Shown here piece after piece: positions 20,298 through 29,884 of a stretch of DNA of 64,000 nt (position 1 is the first letter of the stretch; every line of letters begins with the position of its first letter). Position numbers and translations under genes: made by a program. The stretch is from the IMG/VR virus record IMGVR_UViG_3300028584_001240. The stretch is one strand, 5' to 3'. The notes below the pieces were generated by a model, which was not told the DNA's origin, made no database searches, and worked only from the letters and a program-made list of their open reading frames with translations. The DNA is from a virus. Its lineage: Duplodnaviria; Heunggongvirae; Uroviricota; Caudoviricetes.

Positions 20298-21791
20298 TTA
20301 CGCCATCATACTGCCGATATTGCCTTCTTCCGGCTCTGGTTCAGGGCGAGCCACAAACTGTTCGAAGTAACTGATGTGACCATTGATTACATCAAGTTTG
20401 TCTTGTGCATGTTCTTCCTTGGTTGCCAACTTACCACCAATCAAGTCAACAAGGTTGTCTTGACCACGAACTGCTTCAACAACCGCCTCCTGAGCCACTT
20501 TCATTTGGTCAAGGTAGAACAACACATTATGTTCACCGATCATCACAGTTGGAACATTACGCAAGAACTCAATTAAACGCGGTGTCTCTTTGTAGTAATT
20601 AACGTGTGAAACCATACCCGGAATGGCAAGAATGTCATCTTTGTAATCAACATAAGCCTTTTCGATAATTTCGGCCATTTCTGGAATTTCCATACGGTAT
20701 ACGTTGTTATGTTTAACAAGAGCAAGAGCCAACATTTTTGGATCAACATTGTCTTTGTAAAGATTAAACACATCAACAGACATTTCCTGACGAAGATCAT
20801 GGAAGCTTTCACGAACAAATTCATCAATGGTCGATTGTGGCTTACCTTTGAAGTTGATGTTTTTCACCAACACACCAAGGAAACGGTTAAAATCAAGACC
20901 ACGATAAGCTACTGAGAAAATCGCACGACTTGTTGCACTATCAAAATCACCACTTGGCGTATTCAACAAGTCTTTCGAGCTAGCCAAAGACTGAATAAAG
21001 CACGCTTGTTTGTTCATTTCGATGCAGTAGCTGACAAGACTTTCATCACGAAACAACACACTGGTATCAATGTTATTGTCATAGATGAAATCACGCATGC
21101 CCCAGTCATCATCAACGCGGATGAACTCAGACAATTCGTGGCGAACTTCCATTTCTGCAAGCTCCGCAGCTTCTGGTTCGGTCACAGTAATTTCAACTTC
21201 ACCAAAAAACGGCTTCATTGCACAGTTAACGTCATCGTAAACAAAGCCAACCTTAGACAAAGTGGTAATCATTTCGCGGTAAGTGCCTTGGAAGTGATAA
21301 GTCAGACCATCATCAGTTTCTAAACCAGTGCCAAGAGTGAAAGTGTTCAAAAGCACTTTACTACCTTTTTTGTAAAGGTCTTCACCGGAAAACATCACAA
21401 CCACTGGCAAAGTAACTGGTGAGTCAAATGTAGGGTTCAATCTATCGGCATAAATAGGTTTCAATAGTTTTGCTTCTTCAACTACTTTAAGGAAGTTTTC
21501 TACGGTGCCAAATTCTTCTTGAATAGCCACGTTGGTTTCAAGCGTGCCTGCCATGTCGTTAGTTTCAAACGATTCGATAATAGCGTCAATTTTAGCAGCA
21601 ATTTCAGTGTTTTTCTCTTTTGCTTCATCAACCATTTCTTTCATAAATGCAAATTTAAACAAAGAAGGGATAGCTTTAAAGCCACGGGAGAGGAAGTCTA
21701 CTTCATTACGGTGTAGAACGAAATAGTTCTTAGCCATTTCTTTGGCCGTTTCAACACAGATTTCTGGATATTGCACACGAGTAATAGTCAT
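20298..21791 (-). CDS. Large acidic hypothetical protein
   Basis: 497 aa, AGGAG RBS, CGT/GGT/GTT-rich codons suggesting high expression. Confidence 0.85.
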   Translation of the reverse strand: MTITRVQYPEICVETAKEMAKNYFVLHRNEVDFLSRGFKAIPSLFKFAFMKEMVDEAKEKNTEIAAKIDAIIESFETNDMAGTLETNVAIQEEFGTVENFLKVVEEAKLLKPIYADRLNPTFDSPVTLPVVVMFSGEDLYKKGSKVLLNTFTLGTGLETDDGLTYHFQGTYREMITTLSKVGFVYDDVNCAMKPFFGEVEITVTEPEAAELAEMEVRHELSEFIRVDDDWGMRDFIYDNNIDTSVLFRDESLVSYCIEMNKQACFIQSLASSKDLLNTPSGDFDSATSRAIFSVAYRGLDFNRFLGVLVKNINFKGKPQSTIDEFVRESFHDLRQEMSVDVFNLYKDNVDPKMLALALVKHNNVYRMEIPEMAEIIEKAYVDYKDDILAIPGMVSHVNYYKETPRLIEFLRNVPTVMIGEHNVLFYLDQMKVAQEAVVEAVRGQDNLVDLIGGKLATKEEHAQDKLDVINGHISYFEQFVARPEPEPEEGNIGSMMA

Positions 21792-21924
21792 TTAGTTGTT
21801 CTCCTGAATTTTCATAATTATAGCAAAGAATAGCCTTCAACGCAACACTTTTTTAAAATAGTTCGTAAATAGTTGAAAAAGAAAAAAGCCAGAAAAATCT
21901 GGCCTTTCATCTGCTAGTCGCTGC

Positions 21925-22050
21925 CTAACAACATATACTTGGCCTTTGTAGCCTGACCTATGCGGGTGCTTACGCGAGTCCTGTGTTCTCTTTTAAAGAG
22001 CAGGGGGACAAAAATCCCGGCTCTATTAGCTTACGCCAATTCTTTGTTAG
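21925..22050 (-). ncRNA. Candidate structured RNA
   Basis: Closing stem CTAACAA/TTGTTAG, ATTGGC-GTAA-GCTAAT GNRA hairpin, further hairpins, then terminator 21882..21903. Confidence 0.45.
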
Positions 22051-22553
22051 TCATTATAGACATCCAGCTTACGAAAGAGTTCAAATAATTCTTGATTTCC
22101 TTGTAAACGATCTAGAAAACTATTATCTTGACCATTAAACATTTCTAAGGTGACGAAGAATTCTTCAATATAATAGAAAGTTTGACCAAAACTATTATGC
22201 TGAGATAAATAAGCATGTGATGTAACGCCAGTATTGGTTTCTAACAGAATGACCAAATCCTTTGTTTCACCATAATAAACAGCTACCAGACCATTTTCAC
22301 CAGCTTCGGCCACCGCCTCAATAAACTCATCTTCAACTAATTCGTTAAAGATATCTTCTGTTTTGTCTTTATCAACATAGAAAATGAATGCACCATGATC
22401 TTGTGGTCTTGAAAATAGATCTTCCAAGTCAAATAGACTGAATACATCATTTACGTTATCATCGGATACATCACCAAACACCATTGCCAGATCAGGCACT
22501 TTAAAACAATGCACTAAGCTGTCTAGTTTTGGATTTTGGATTTCATGAAACAT
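22047..22553 (-). CDS. Acidic paralog pair D member 2
   Basis: NPKLDSLVHCFKVPDLAMVFGDVS. Confidence 0.8.
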   Translation of the reverse strand: MFHEIQNPKLDSLVHCFKVPDLAMVFGDVSDDNVNDVFSLFDLEDLFSRPQDHGAFIFYVDKDKTEDIFNELVEDEFIEAVAEAGENGLVAVYYGETKDLVILLETNTGVTSHAYLSQHNSFGQTFYYIEEFFVTLEMFNGQDNSFLDRLQGNQELFELFRKLDVYND

Positions 22554-22565
22554 AATTATTTTCCT

Positions 22566-23069
22566 TTATTCTTCTTCAATAGAAATTTCTTTCAACGCGG
22601 CCAATATTTTAGGAGCCTTACCAACATAATGATAGAAATTGGATTCTTTGTCGTTCATAAGATCTTTTGTTGGGTAAAAATGCGGAACCTCAACAAAATC
22701 ATCAAGAATATCATGTTCACCTTTTAAATCACAGCCTGTCATAAAACCTGAAGTCTCCATCCAAATAATCAAGTCTTTATCACCTAAGTGATAAACAACC
22801 ACAAACGCATTATCACCACATTCATCAAGAGAGTCAACATATTCGTGATTCGTCAATAGTGTTATAACTCGTTCAGTTAACGATTTATCAACTAATGCAA
22901 GTTCAGCATCATGATCATAACTTTCTTCGAGAAATTTTTCAAGCTGTTCAACTGTAGTAATGTCTAAGCTATTTTCACCTGAAACATTACCGAAAGCAAT
23001 AGAAATATCAGGCTTTTTCAACAGACCAATCACATTATCAATTTTAAGATTTTTAATAAGTTCTGCCAT
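22566..23069 (-). CDS. Acidic paralog pair D member 1
   Basis: NLKIDNVIGLLKKPDISIAFGNVS. Confidence 0.8.
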   Translation of the reverse strand: MAELIKNLKIDNVIGLLKKPDISIAFGNVSGENSLDITTVEQLEKFLEESYDHDAELALVDKSLTERVITLLTNHEYVDSLDECGDNAFVVVYHLGDKDLIIWMETSGFMTGCDLKGEHDILDDFVEVPHFYPTKDLMNDKESNFYHYVGKAPKILAALKEISIEEE

Positions 23070-23103
23070 TTTTTCCCCTTAGTTATTTATCAGTCATACT
23101 GGT

Positions 23104-23487
23104 TTAAAAGTTAATGAAATTATGATCAAACATATTATGGTTATAAATCTGAGCAATCTGACCATCAGGATACGCTAAGACATAATCCGCCATATACATT
23201 TCATCTTCGATCTCTGGATCGTATAAAATATCTGTCTTCTCGTAAGTATCATACAACTTATCAATCATATACTCACGAAAATCATCATCAGTTAAAGATT
23301 TCCCATGTTGCTCACATATGTCAGCAATATTAAAATTATATTCCTTCATAACGTTATTGTATAATTTCATAAGAGATTTAGTATTAAGAGACAACAATTC
23401 ATTTTCTGTTTTAATCGTCTTTTTACCATCCTTAATTGCTGAACGGCTAATCGCTTTTTTTAAAACCTCAATAACAATCTGCTTCAT
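23104..23487 (-). CDS. Hypothetical protein
   Basis: Start moved to ATG 23487 (AGAGGA RBS); the longer ORF runs into tRNA-Gly. Confidence 0.75.
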   Translation of the reverse strand: MKQIVIEVLKKAISRSAIKDGKKTIKTENELLSLNTKSLMKLYNNVMKEYNFNIADICEQHGKSLTDDDFREYMIDKLYDTYEKTDILYDPEIEDEMYMADYVLAYPDGQIAQIYNHNMFDHNFINF

Positions 23488-23559
23488 AGAATGTCCTCTT
23501 TTATAATTAGAAATCACTGTAAACCACAAATAAAAAAACACCCGAAGGTGTTGTAAATT

Positions 23560-23633
23560 TGGAGCGGAATACGAGGATCGAACTCGTGTAGCCAGCTTGG
23601 AAGGCTGGAGCACAGCCACTATGCCAATTCCGC
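23560..23633 (-). tRNA. tRNA-Gly(TCC)
   Basis: GCGGAAT acceptor, CCAGC-CTTCCAA-GCTGG anticodon arm, GTTCGA T-loop, encoded CCA. Confidence 0.95.
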
Positions 23634-23642
23634 AATAACGAT

Positions 23643-23754
23643 TAAACTCACACTTCCAGTTTGCTTATACTCGCTTTTGCAGTCTTCGCAGATCCTGTGC
23701 TCTCGTCGGGAGTAGGCTTCTAGAGCCTTGCATAATTTCTTTGCTGAGTGTTTA
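23643..23754 (-). ncRNA. Candidate structured RNA in tRNA operon
   Basis: ACTCA/TGAGT closing stem, AGGCT-CTAGA-AGCCT hairpin; shares motifs with 21925..22050. Confidence 0.4.
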
Positions 23755-23761
23755 TTTAATC

Positions 23762-23880
23762 TGGTGCGGAACGGTCTTACAACACGAACCACATATCTTT
23801 CGTGCCCATTTAAGGGCTTTACAGTAAAGGGTTTTAGCCCTGTCGCTGGGGTAGATTACTGCTATCTTCGCCCAACCAAA
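23762..23880 (-). ncRNA. Candidate CCA-ending structured RNA
   Basis: Several hairpins, ends TTCCGCACCA; no cloverleaf found. Confidence 0.35.
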
Positions 23881-23881
23881 A

Positions 23882-24011
23882 TGGTCTGCTTGTATTCGGA
23901 CTTGAACCGAAGATTAAATCCTCAATGACTCTTTCAGCCCCGGAAGCCTTAGCTGTGGTTGACTAGTATACCACAACGTTCATTAATTCATCAATAAACC
24001 TATTACAAGCA
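23882..24011 (-). ncRNA. 130-nt tRNA-like RNA
   Basis: 8-bp acceptor TGCTTGTA/TACAAGCA, T-arm TTCGG-TTCAAGT-CCGAA, 3' GACCA; no D-stem or standard anticodon arm. Confidence 0.7.
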
Positions 24012-24023
24012 TAAATTTTAATC

Positions 24024-24099
<76 letters not shown>

Positions 24100-24128
24100 A
24101 TAAAGTGTTTGCTGCTTCAATATTGATA

Positions 24129-24157
24129 ATACTACAGTAATCACTCATTGAAGTCAA
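24129..24157 (-). promoter_or_regulatory. Sigma70-like promoter of tRNA operon
   Basis: TTGACT-N17-TAGTAT. Confidence 0.7.
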
Positions 24158-24386
24158 GCAGTTTTTTCTATTTTATTCTTTTATTTTATCTTTTAAATCA
24201 ATGTTTTTCTTCAGTTAACGGTTTTTTGTCATCCAACCTGAATACATTTAAAAGATGCTAATACTATTTTTTTCAATCCTTATAGAAATATGATTTTTAT
24301 TTCATTTCCAACAAACCTCTTTATTTTAAAAAATATAGTGTATATTAACAGATACGGATTAAAAATTCAACCTAGGAGATACATGA

Positions 24387-25034
24387 ATGAATATAAGTAA
24401 AATTGCATTAAGCCTATTAATAACCACTTGTACCGCACCTGTATTTGCAACAGACCTAAGAAGTTACCAGCTTGCAGACTACAATTGTGAAGAATCATCA
24501 GCCATAGAAGTAAAAGCCTGCCTTGAAACAACACTATCAGAAAGTTTAGCTAAATTAAGTGAGTCAGAACATTATTTCAATAAATCTGTTGAAAGCATTA
24601 ATTTAGATCAAGATTCAACAACAACATTAAAAAAATCTTTTGAAGAAGAAAAATTAGCCTACAAAAATTATGCAGAAACTCAATGTAACTTTAAAATAGC
24701 AATTGAAAGTAAGCAAAATCCTAATGCTGACATAGAGAGATTATCTTTAATTTGCAAAATTAACACAATTGATAGCAGAATAGAAGGATTAACTGAATTT
24801 ACACATGATTTAACAAATGACTTCGTAGCATCTAAGTCACCAGAATCAGTTGCCAGTGATACACCTATTGTTCCTTTTGTAGAAGAAAATACAGAAGCCG
24901 TCCAAGAAGCACCGATGAACGAAGTGACTGAACAAACTCCAGTAGTCGATGAAGATTTCACCAAATCAGTGCAATCAGAAACCGAAATGGTGCCAACAGA
25001 TAATGAAACTGATGTAGAAGATGATTTAAATTAA
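24387..25034 (+). CDS. Secreted LprI/DUF1311-like protein with acidic tail
   Basis: Signal peptide, four-Cys helical pattern (C..C..QC..ICK...SRI). Confidence 0.6.
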   Translation: MNISKIALSLLITTCTAPVFATDLRSYQLADYNCEESSAIEVKACLETTLSESLAKLSESEHYFNKSVESINLDQDSTTTLKKSFEEEKLAYKNYAETQCNFKIAIESKQNPNADIERLSLICKINTIDSRIEGLTEFTHDLTNDFVASKSPESVASDTPIVPFVEENTEAVQEAPMNEVTEQTPVVDEDFTKSVQSETEMVPTDNETDVEDDLN

Positions 25035-25099
25035 GACGAAGAGAATAAAAAAGGATAACTAGATTATCCTTTTTTTATATCTTGATTAAGCAATAAATA

Positions 25100-26752
25100 T
25101 CAAGTATTAAACTGAGATACCAATTCATTCAACTTATTAGCTTTATCTTGAAGTTTTGAAACTGTGTCTTCTGTTTGCTCAACAATTTTTTGGCTACGAA
25201 TAGAACTATTACTGCCTTCCTCGGCTGAACGAGCCATGTCTTGGGTAGCAATAGACTGTTCTTTGGTCGCTAAGTTGATTACTTGAACATTATCAAAGAC
25301 GGCCTTCATATCCGTTTGAATTGAACCGATCTGAACTAACACATTACCAGCAAGCTTAACCCCATTTTCAACTTTGTGGTTAGTTTCGTCCATTTTCTTG
25401 GTAGCACTTACAATCTGTTTACTGATATCGCTAATTGTTTTAGAAATATTCAGAGTGGCTTCTGCTGTTTTACCAGCCAAGTTACGAACTTCTTCGGCCA
25501 CTACCGCAAAACCTCTTCCATGCTCACCTGCTCGTGCAGCTTCAATTGAAGCATTGAGAGCCAATAAGTTGGTTTGATCAGCAATGCCATGAATAACAGT
25601 GACAATCTTTGAAATATCAAGGGACTTAACTTCCAAATTATGGATCAATCCTGAAAGATCCTGAGCTGATGTAGTGATGTCTGCTACTTCTGAACTCAAC
25701 AACTTAACTGAGTTTGAACTTTCACTTGTCAATTCATTTACGTTCTCTACGGATTTAGTCGTAGTGTCAGTGCTTAATGAAATACTTCCCATACTTGTAG
25801 TTAACTCTTCTATTGTTGCTGCAGAAGCTGTGGCTCTGTCTGATTGTCCTTGGGCGTCTACTAACAAGTTATTCATCAAACCATTAATTTCAACAAGACC
25901 TGTTGTAAGCTCATGTGTGTTCATTTTAATAGAAGAAACCATATCTCTAAGTGTTGTGATAAATGAATTAAAATTGCGAGCCATTTGACCACTTTCATCG
26001 TTAAACTTAACAGGTATTTGATAGGTTAAATCAGCATCACCAGAACCTAGTTGTTCAAAAACTTTCACCATTTCAAGAATAGGAGCAGTAATCAATCGAC
26101 CAAGCAAGTAAGCGACAAAGTTAATAAAGAGAATAGAAACAGCGAACATGATAGCAACTGTTGTAATAATACGTTCTTTAATTGCAGTGACATCGGAAAG
26201 ATTAATGTCAGCAGCCACCACATATTGGTTACCAGCCAATGTTTTTTTAGGCACATACAATGTTCTAAAATCACCTGTTTTTGAAGTGTATTCTTCGGTT
26301 GCTTGGATATTTGTGCTCAATACTTTTCTAATAAAGTTCTCTGTTTCAGGTTCATCATAAGGTGTTGCCGTGTAATGTATAGCTTCATCACTAACCTCTT
26401 TTTCTGTTAAATTAGAGGTGATGTATTTTGATTTACCATCTTTATCAATAAATATAGCATAAAAATAAGGTATTTCTAATTCATTAACAAAAGTCGTTAG
26501 CTGAATAGATTTTTGTCGAGATAAATTAACATCAATCTCATTATGATTAATAACACCATCAATAAATGGTTCATTAATGATTTCATTAAAATATTTAGTT
26601 GCAAAATCAAGTTTGCTGTCCATATTTCCTAATTCACTTTTAACAGCATATGAATAATAAAAATAACTAAATGCAGACATGATAATCAAAGACACTGCAA
26701 GAAATGCAATTTGTATCTTCCATTTTATACCTAAATCATTAAACAGTTTCAT
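25100..26752 (-). CDS. Methyl-accepting chemotaxis protein
   Basis: Two TMs, [41 protein letters not shown]. Confidence 0.97.
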   Translation of the reverse strand: MKLFNDLGIKWKIQIAFLAVSLIIMSAFSYFYYSYAVKSELGNMDSKLDFATKYFNEIINEPFIDGVINHNEIDVNLSRQKSIQLTTFVNELEIPYFYAIFIDKDGKSKYITSNLTEKEVSDEAIHYTATPYDEPETENFIRKVLSTNIQATEEYTSKTGDFRTLYVPKKTLAGNQYVVAADINLSDVTAIKERIITTVAIMFAVSILFINFVAYLLGRLITAPILEMVKVFEQLGSGDADLTYQIPVKFNDESGQMARNFNSFITTLRDMVSSIKMNTHELTTGLVEINGLMNNLLVDAQGQSDRATASAATIEELTTSMGSISLSTDTTTKSVENVNELTSESSNSVKLLSSEVADITTSAQDLSGLIHNLEVKSLDISKIVTVIHGIADQTNLLALNASIEAARAGEHGRGFAVVAEEVRNLAGKTAEATLNISKTISDISKQIVSATKKMDETNHKVENGVKLAGNVLVQIGSIQTDMKAVFDNVQVINLATKEQSIATQDMARSAEEGSNSSIRSQKIVEQTEDTVSKLQDKANKLNELVSQFNT

Positions 26753-26905
26753 ATTAAGACATCCTCTAAAAAATTTGATGACATAATGCCATAACTTATA
26801 TATAAGTCAACAAAAATTATTTTAAAATGTGCATTTAGTAACACTTTCTATCCACTAGTAAAATTAAATACCAGTAAATAGAGATGTGTAGAGGATTTTG
26901 AAAAT

Positions 26906-27439
26906 TTAATTATTTTTCTTGAACGATGGGAATTTAATAGAAATGGATGATTTTTCAGTGAGTTTTTGCTTTTCAGAAGAATATTCACTTTCAACTTTTG
27001 TTTTCAAAATGTCAGCTTTCATTTCTTTTAAACTGTCAATGCTGCTTTTTTCGTTTTCATATTGACCATATTCAATAGCCTCAAAATTACTGCTGAAGTT
27101 AACAACATCATCAACTCTTTCAAATTGCCATTTTTTAAATCTTGACGGATCACCGGCTGAAACCAAAATCATTTCATAGGGTTCAAATACATGAAGGTTA
27201 CCTTTTTCTGTAAACTCAATACGCTCAGTAGGCTGTACCAAGAAGAAAATAGAATTATCTGTGCAAATACTTTTATTAGTAAAGTCTTGTGTTTCATTAT
27301 CAAAGATTCGAACAACAGAATGCTTTTTATGTTGAGCTGGGTCAACGTCTGCTTCGTCTATAACAAATGGTTTTACTTTTGCATAAACAGTATTCATATC
27401 TGCTTCTGATATAAGGGCTGTGTAAGAATTTATTTTCAT
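26906..27439 (-). CDS. Hypothetical protein with basic tail
   Basis: 177 aa, ends SIKFPSFKKNN. Confidence 0.75.
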   Translation of the reverse strand: MKINSYTALISEADMNTVYAKVKPFVIDEADVDPAQHKKHSVVRIFDNETQDFTNKSICTDNSIFFLVQPTERIEFTEKGNLHVFEPYEMILVSAGDPSRFKKWQFERVDDVVNFSSNFEAIEYGQYENEKSSIDSLKEMKADILKTKVESEYSSEKQKLTEKSSISIKFPSFKKNN

Positions 27440-27505
27440 CTCTTTTTATTCCTTGGTTTTATCTATTCATTATAACATAAATCATAGCTTTTAAAAGAAA
27501 GTCTA

Positions 27506-28255
27506 TCAAATACTATACATAATCGCAGTATCTAATTCATTTTTAGTATAATCAATAATTTTCTTATCGAAAGTATTATTAAACATGACAACTTCACTAT
27601 AACTCATGAAGACTTTTTTAAGATAGATTCCTTGCTTATTCATTTTAAGAAAAATACCTAACACAAACCATGTCTTAATATTCTTATTAAATCCGAGCAT
27701 ATAATTATTAGGTGTACCAGTAAACTTTCCAAAAATGCCATAATGAGTTGATGCAATAACAATTAATCCGGTTTCTTCACTTACCTTTGAAAAAACAGAA
27801 TTTTTAACATTGTGATATTGTTGAATTAGAACCTTTCTAAGTTCTATGGCTAGACACAATAATGCTACCGCATATAATATCTGAAAACTAATAATGGCGG
27901 GTATATGAGTTACTGTGCAAAATTTCAGCAGAAAATTTAAAATACAAATGACAACCACAAAAAAATAAAGAATTTTTGGAAGTATGTATTCAGTTTTTTT
28001 AATTCTAAAAGTTAAATAGTAAAATGAACTAACTAAATAAATTATACAAAAAATACTTAATAATGAACTAATAAAACCAATAAACATTTGTAAATCAAAA
28101 GTTCTTGTTAAAATATTAACTGAGCTACATGATGTTATACAAGCTAAAATAACAACCAATTTAGCAACATCATTGCTTTTAACAAAATTAAAAGCTCTAA
28201 TAATTTCAATTTTGAATAACGGCCAAACTTGCAGCCATACCAAAAGTATTTTCAT
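27506..28255 (-). CDS. Multi-TM membrane protein, MxxI class; related to 52153..52800
   Basis: About 4 TMs; ends FDKKIIDYTKNELDTAIMYSI. Confidence 0.75.
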   Translation of the reverse strand: MKILLVWLQVWPLFKIEIIRAFNFVKSNDVAKLVVILACITSCSSVNILTRTFDLQMFIGFISSLLSIFCIIYLVSSFYYLTFRIKKTEYILPKILYFFVVVICILNFLLKFCTVTHIPAIISFQILYAVALLCLAIELRKVLIQQYHNVKNSVFSKVSEETGLIVIASTHYGIFGKFTGTPNNYMLGFNKNIKTWFVLGIFLKMNKQGIYLKKVFMSYSEVVMFNNTFDKKIIDYTKNELDTAIMYSI

Positions 28256-28258
28256 TTT

Positions 28259-28864
28259 CTAATCTACCTTCTTTTCAGCAGGCTTAATACTAGAATAACT
28301 TGAATTTTTTATCCAACCTGTAAATGATTTATTATCATCATTAATGTATTCAATGGATGTATAACCATCTTTAACTTCAATAACACTAAATACATCATCT
28401 TTTACAATATAGACTTTACTTTCTGTCCCAGCAATAGGCGTTTTGTTTAAGTAAACCTTTGCTTCTGTTATAACACCTAAACCAATCCAAGGTTTCTTTT
28501 CCAGCAAGGAGAAATTTAAACCATATTTAGCTTGACTTGCACCAACACTGGAACAACCCGGATGGTCATCAGCAACTTCCATGAAGAGTGAATCAGGTTG
28601 ATTATCAATAACACCATCAATCTTACTGGTGTCTGACCATGTTTTTACATAAGTAGATCCATTAGGAACAATGGCACCTTCAAAAAAGAATGTACACGTT
28701 CTGGTCACACCTTCACCCATAACTTCATGATAATAACCTTCGATTCGATTGTCAGGCGTTACAGCCATTTTTATAAACTCATATTGACCAGCTTGGAACT
28801 TATTGTCAGCCGAAGCAATCCCAACTGTTAATAGTGATAAAGCAATAGAAATAGTTTTAAACAT
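28259..28864 (-). CDS. Secreted protein with C-terminal SH3-like domain
   Basis: Signal peptide; YIVKDDVFSV..GYTSIEY..TGWI. Confidence 0.65.
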   Translation of the reverse strand: MFKTISIALSLLTVGIASADNKFQAGQYEFIKMAVTPDNRIEGYYHEVMGEGVTRTCTFFFEGAIVPNGSTYVKTWSDTSKIDGVIDNQPDSLFMEVADDHPGCSSVGASQAKYGLNFSLLEKKPWIGLGVITEAKVYLNKTPIAGTESKVYIVKDDVFSVIEVKDGYTSIEYINDDNKSFTGWIKNSSYSSIKPAEKKVD

Positions 28865-29060
28865 GATTAACCTCTTAATATGTTATTTAAATTATATTTA
28901 TGATATGATTTAAATTTAAACATGTCAAAAAAAATAAAAAGACTGAAGCAAAAAAACCACCGAAGTGGTTTTAAATATTTTCAAGTTCGCACTTAGGGTA
29001 GCGTATCACCTATTTTAACAACCTTATTTCTAAGGTCACTCGTGCCTAAACGGCTAAATC

Positions 29061-29135
29061 TGGTTGCAGGGGCGGGAATTGAACCCACGATCTTCAGGTT
29101 ATGAGCCTAACGAGATACCACTTCTCCACCCTGCG
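29061..29135 (-). tRNA. tRNA-fMet(CAT), initiator-like
   Basis: C1:A72 mismatch, CTCATAA loop, encoded CCA; anticodon stem ends AGG/CCT rather than GGG/CCC. Confidence 0.9.
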
Positions 29136-29188
29136 ACTAAGTAAAATAAAAATATTCATTTAAGAATTGTTCTTTATTTCGTTTTTAT

Positions 29189-29217
29189 ATAATACCTTGG
29201 ATTTAAAACCATGTCAA
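29189..29217 (-). promoter_or_regulatory. Sigma70-like promoter for tRNA-fMet, overlapped by a palindrome
   Basis: TTGACA-N17-TATTAT; AAAACCATG-TCAA-CATGGTTTT spans the -35. Confidence 0.65.
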
Positions 29218-29235
29218 CATGGTTTTTATATATTT

Positions 29236-29883
29236 TTAATAAGATATCATACTAAGCAGATCTTTACATCGTTTTTTATTATCAATTTTTTGACCTTGAA
29301 GGATAAGATTAAGATCAAAATGGTCATCTTTTACAATATCATTATTTGCATTATAAATACAAGCCAACACAAAATCAGGTAAAATTTCAAATATGGTTTG
29401 TGTTCCATTTAAATCATAATCAACTCCATCTGTGGTGATTTTGACAAAATCATCTTCTAAAATTAGTTCAATATGATTACTATACCTATTATTTCCAGAA
29501 CCATTGTAAGGTTTAAATGAATACAAGAAATCAAAACTAAATGATTTAAAAGTGAAATCGTTATTCAAGTAAAAAGCAAAGGTCAAGTAATAATGATTAA
29601 CCGTTTTATCGACATTATTAATCTGGGAGAAAATAAACTCACTGTTGAATAATACTTTAGTCCTATTATTAATGTTTTGAAACATACCTAACTCTTGACC
29701 AGAGTTATTGACTAATCGACCATAAGACATGTTATGATCCAGTGGTGTAGAAAGAGACTCTTTCAAAGCGTCATAACCGTCTAAATCATTACGATTAAGC
29801 TTTTTGAGCCTAAATCCTTCTGTATAATAAGGAAATACGTCCTTAAATATAGCTGACAAATCCATTCCATCTACAAAATACAT
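29236..29883 (-). CDS. Hypothetical protein, MxxI class
   Basis: Ends KDLLSMISY. Confidence 0.75.
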   Translation of the reverse strand: MYFVDGMDLSAIFKDVFPYYTEGFRLKKLNRNDLDGYDALKESLSTPLDHNMSYGRLVNNSGQELGMFQNINNRTKVLFNSEFIFSQINNVDKTVNHYYLTFAFYLNNDFTFKSFSFDFLYSFKPYNGSGNNRYSNHIELILEDDFVKITTDGVDYDLNGTQTIFEILPDFVLACIYNANNDIVKDDHFDLNLILQGQKIDNKKRCKDLLSMISY

Positions 29884-29884
29884 G

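Noticed and set aside
21890-21925. Hammerhead ribozyme (CAGATGAAA resembles the core)
   Set aside because: Lacks CTGANGA and the required helices; the adjacent hairpin is a terminator.
23488-23619. N-terminal extension of ORF 23104..23619
   Set aside because: It overlaps tRNA-Gly and its terminator; a good RBS precedes ATG 23487.
23728-23928. 66-aa ORF on + strand
   Set aside because: Antisense to the structured RNA operon, no RBS.
23882-24011. tRNA-Sec, suppressor tRNA or true tmRNA
   Set aside because: 8/5 stems resemble tRNA-Sec, but there is no D-stem and no 7-nt anticodon loop; it is too short for tmRNA, with no tag ORF or G3:U70.
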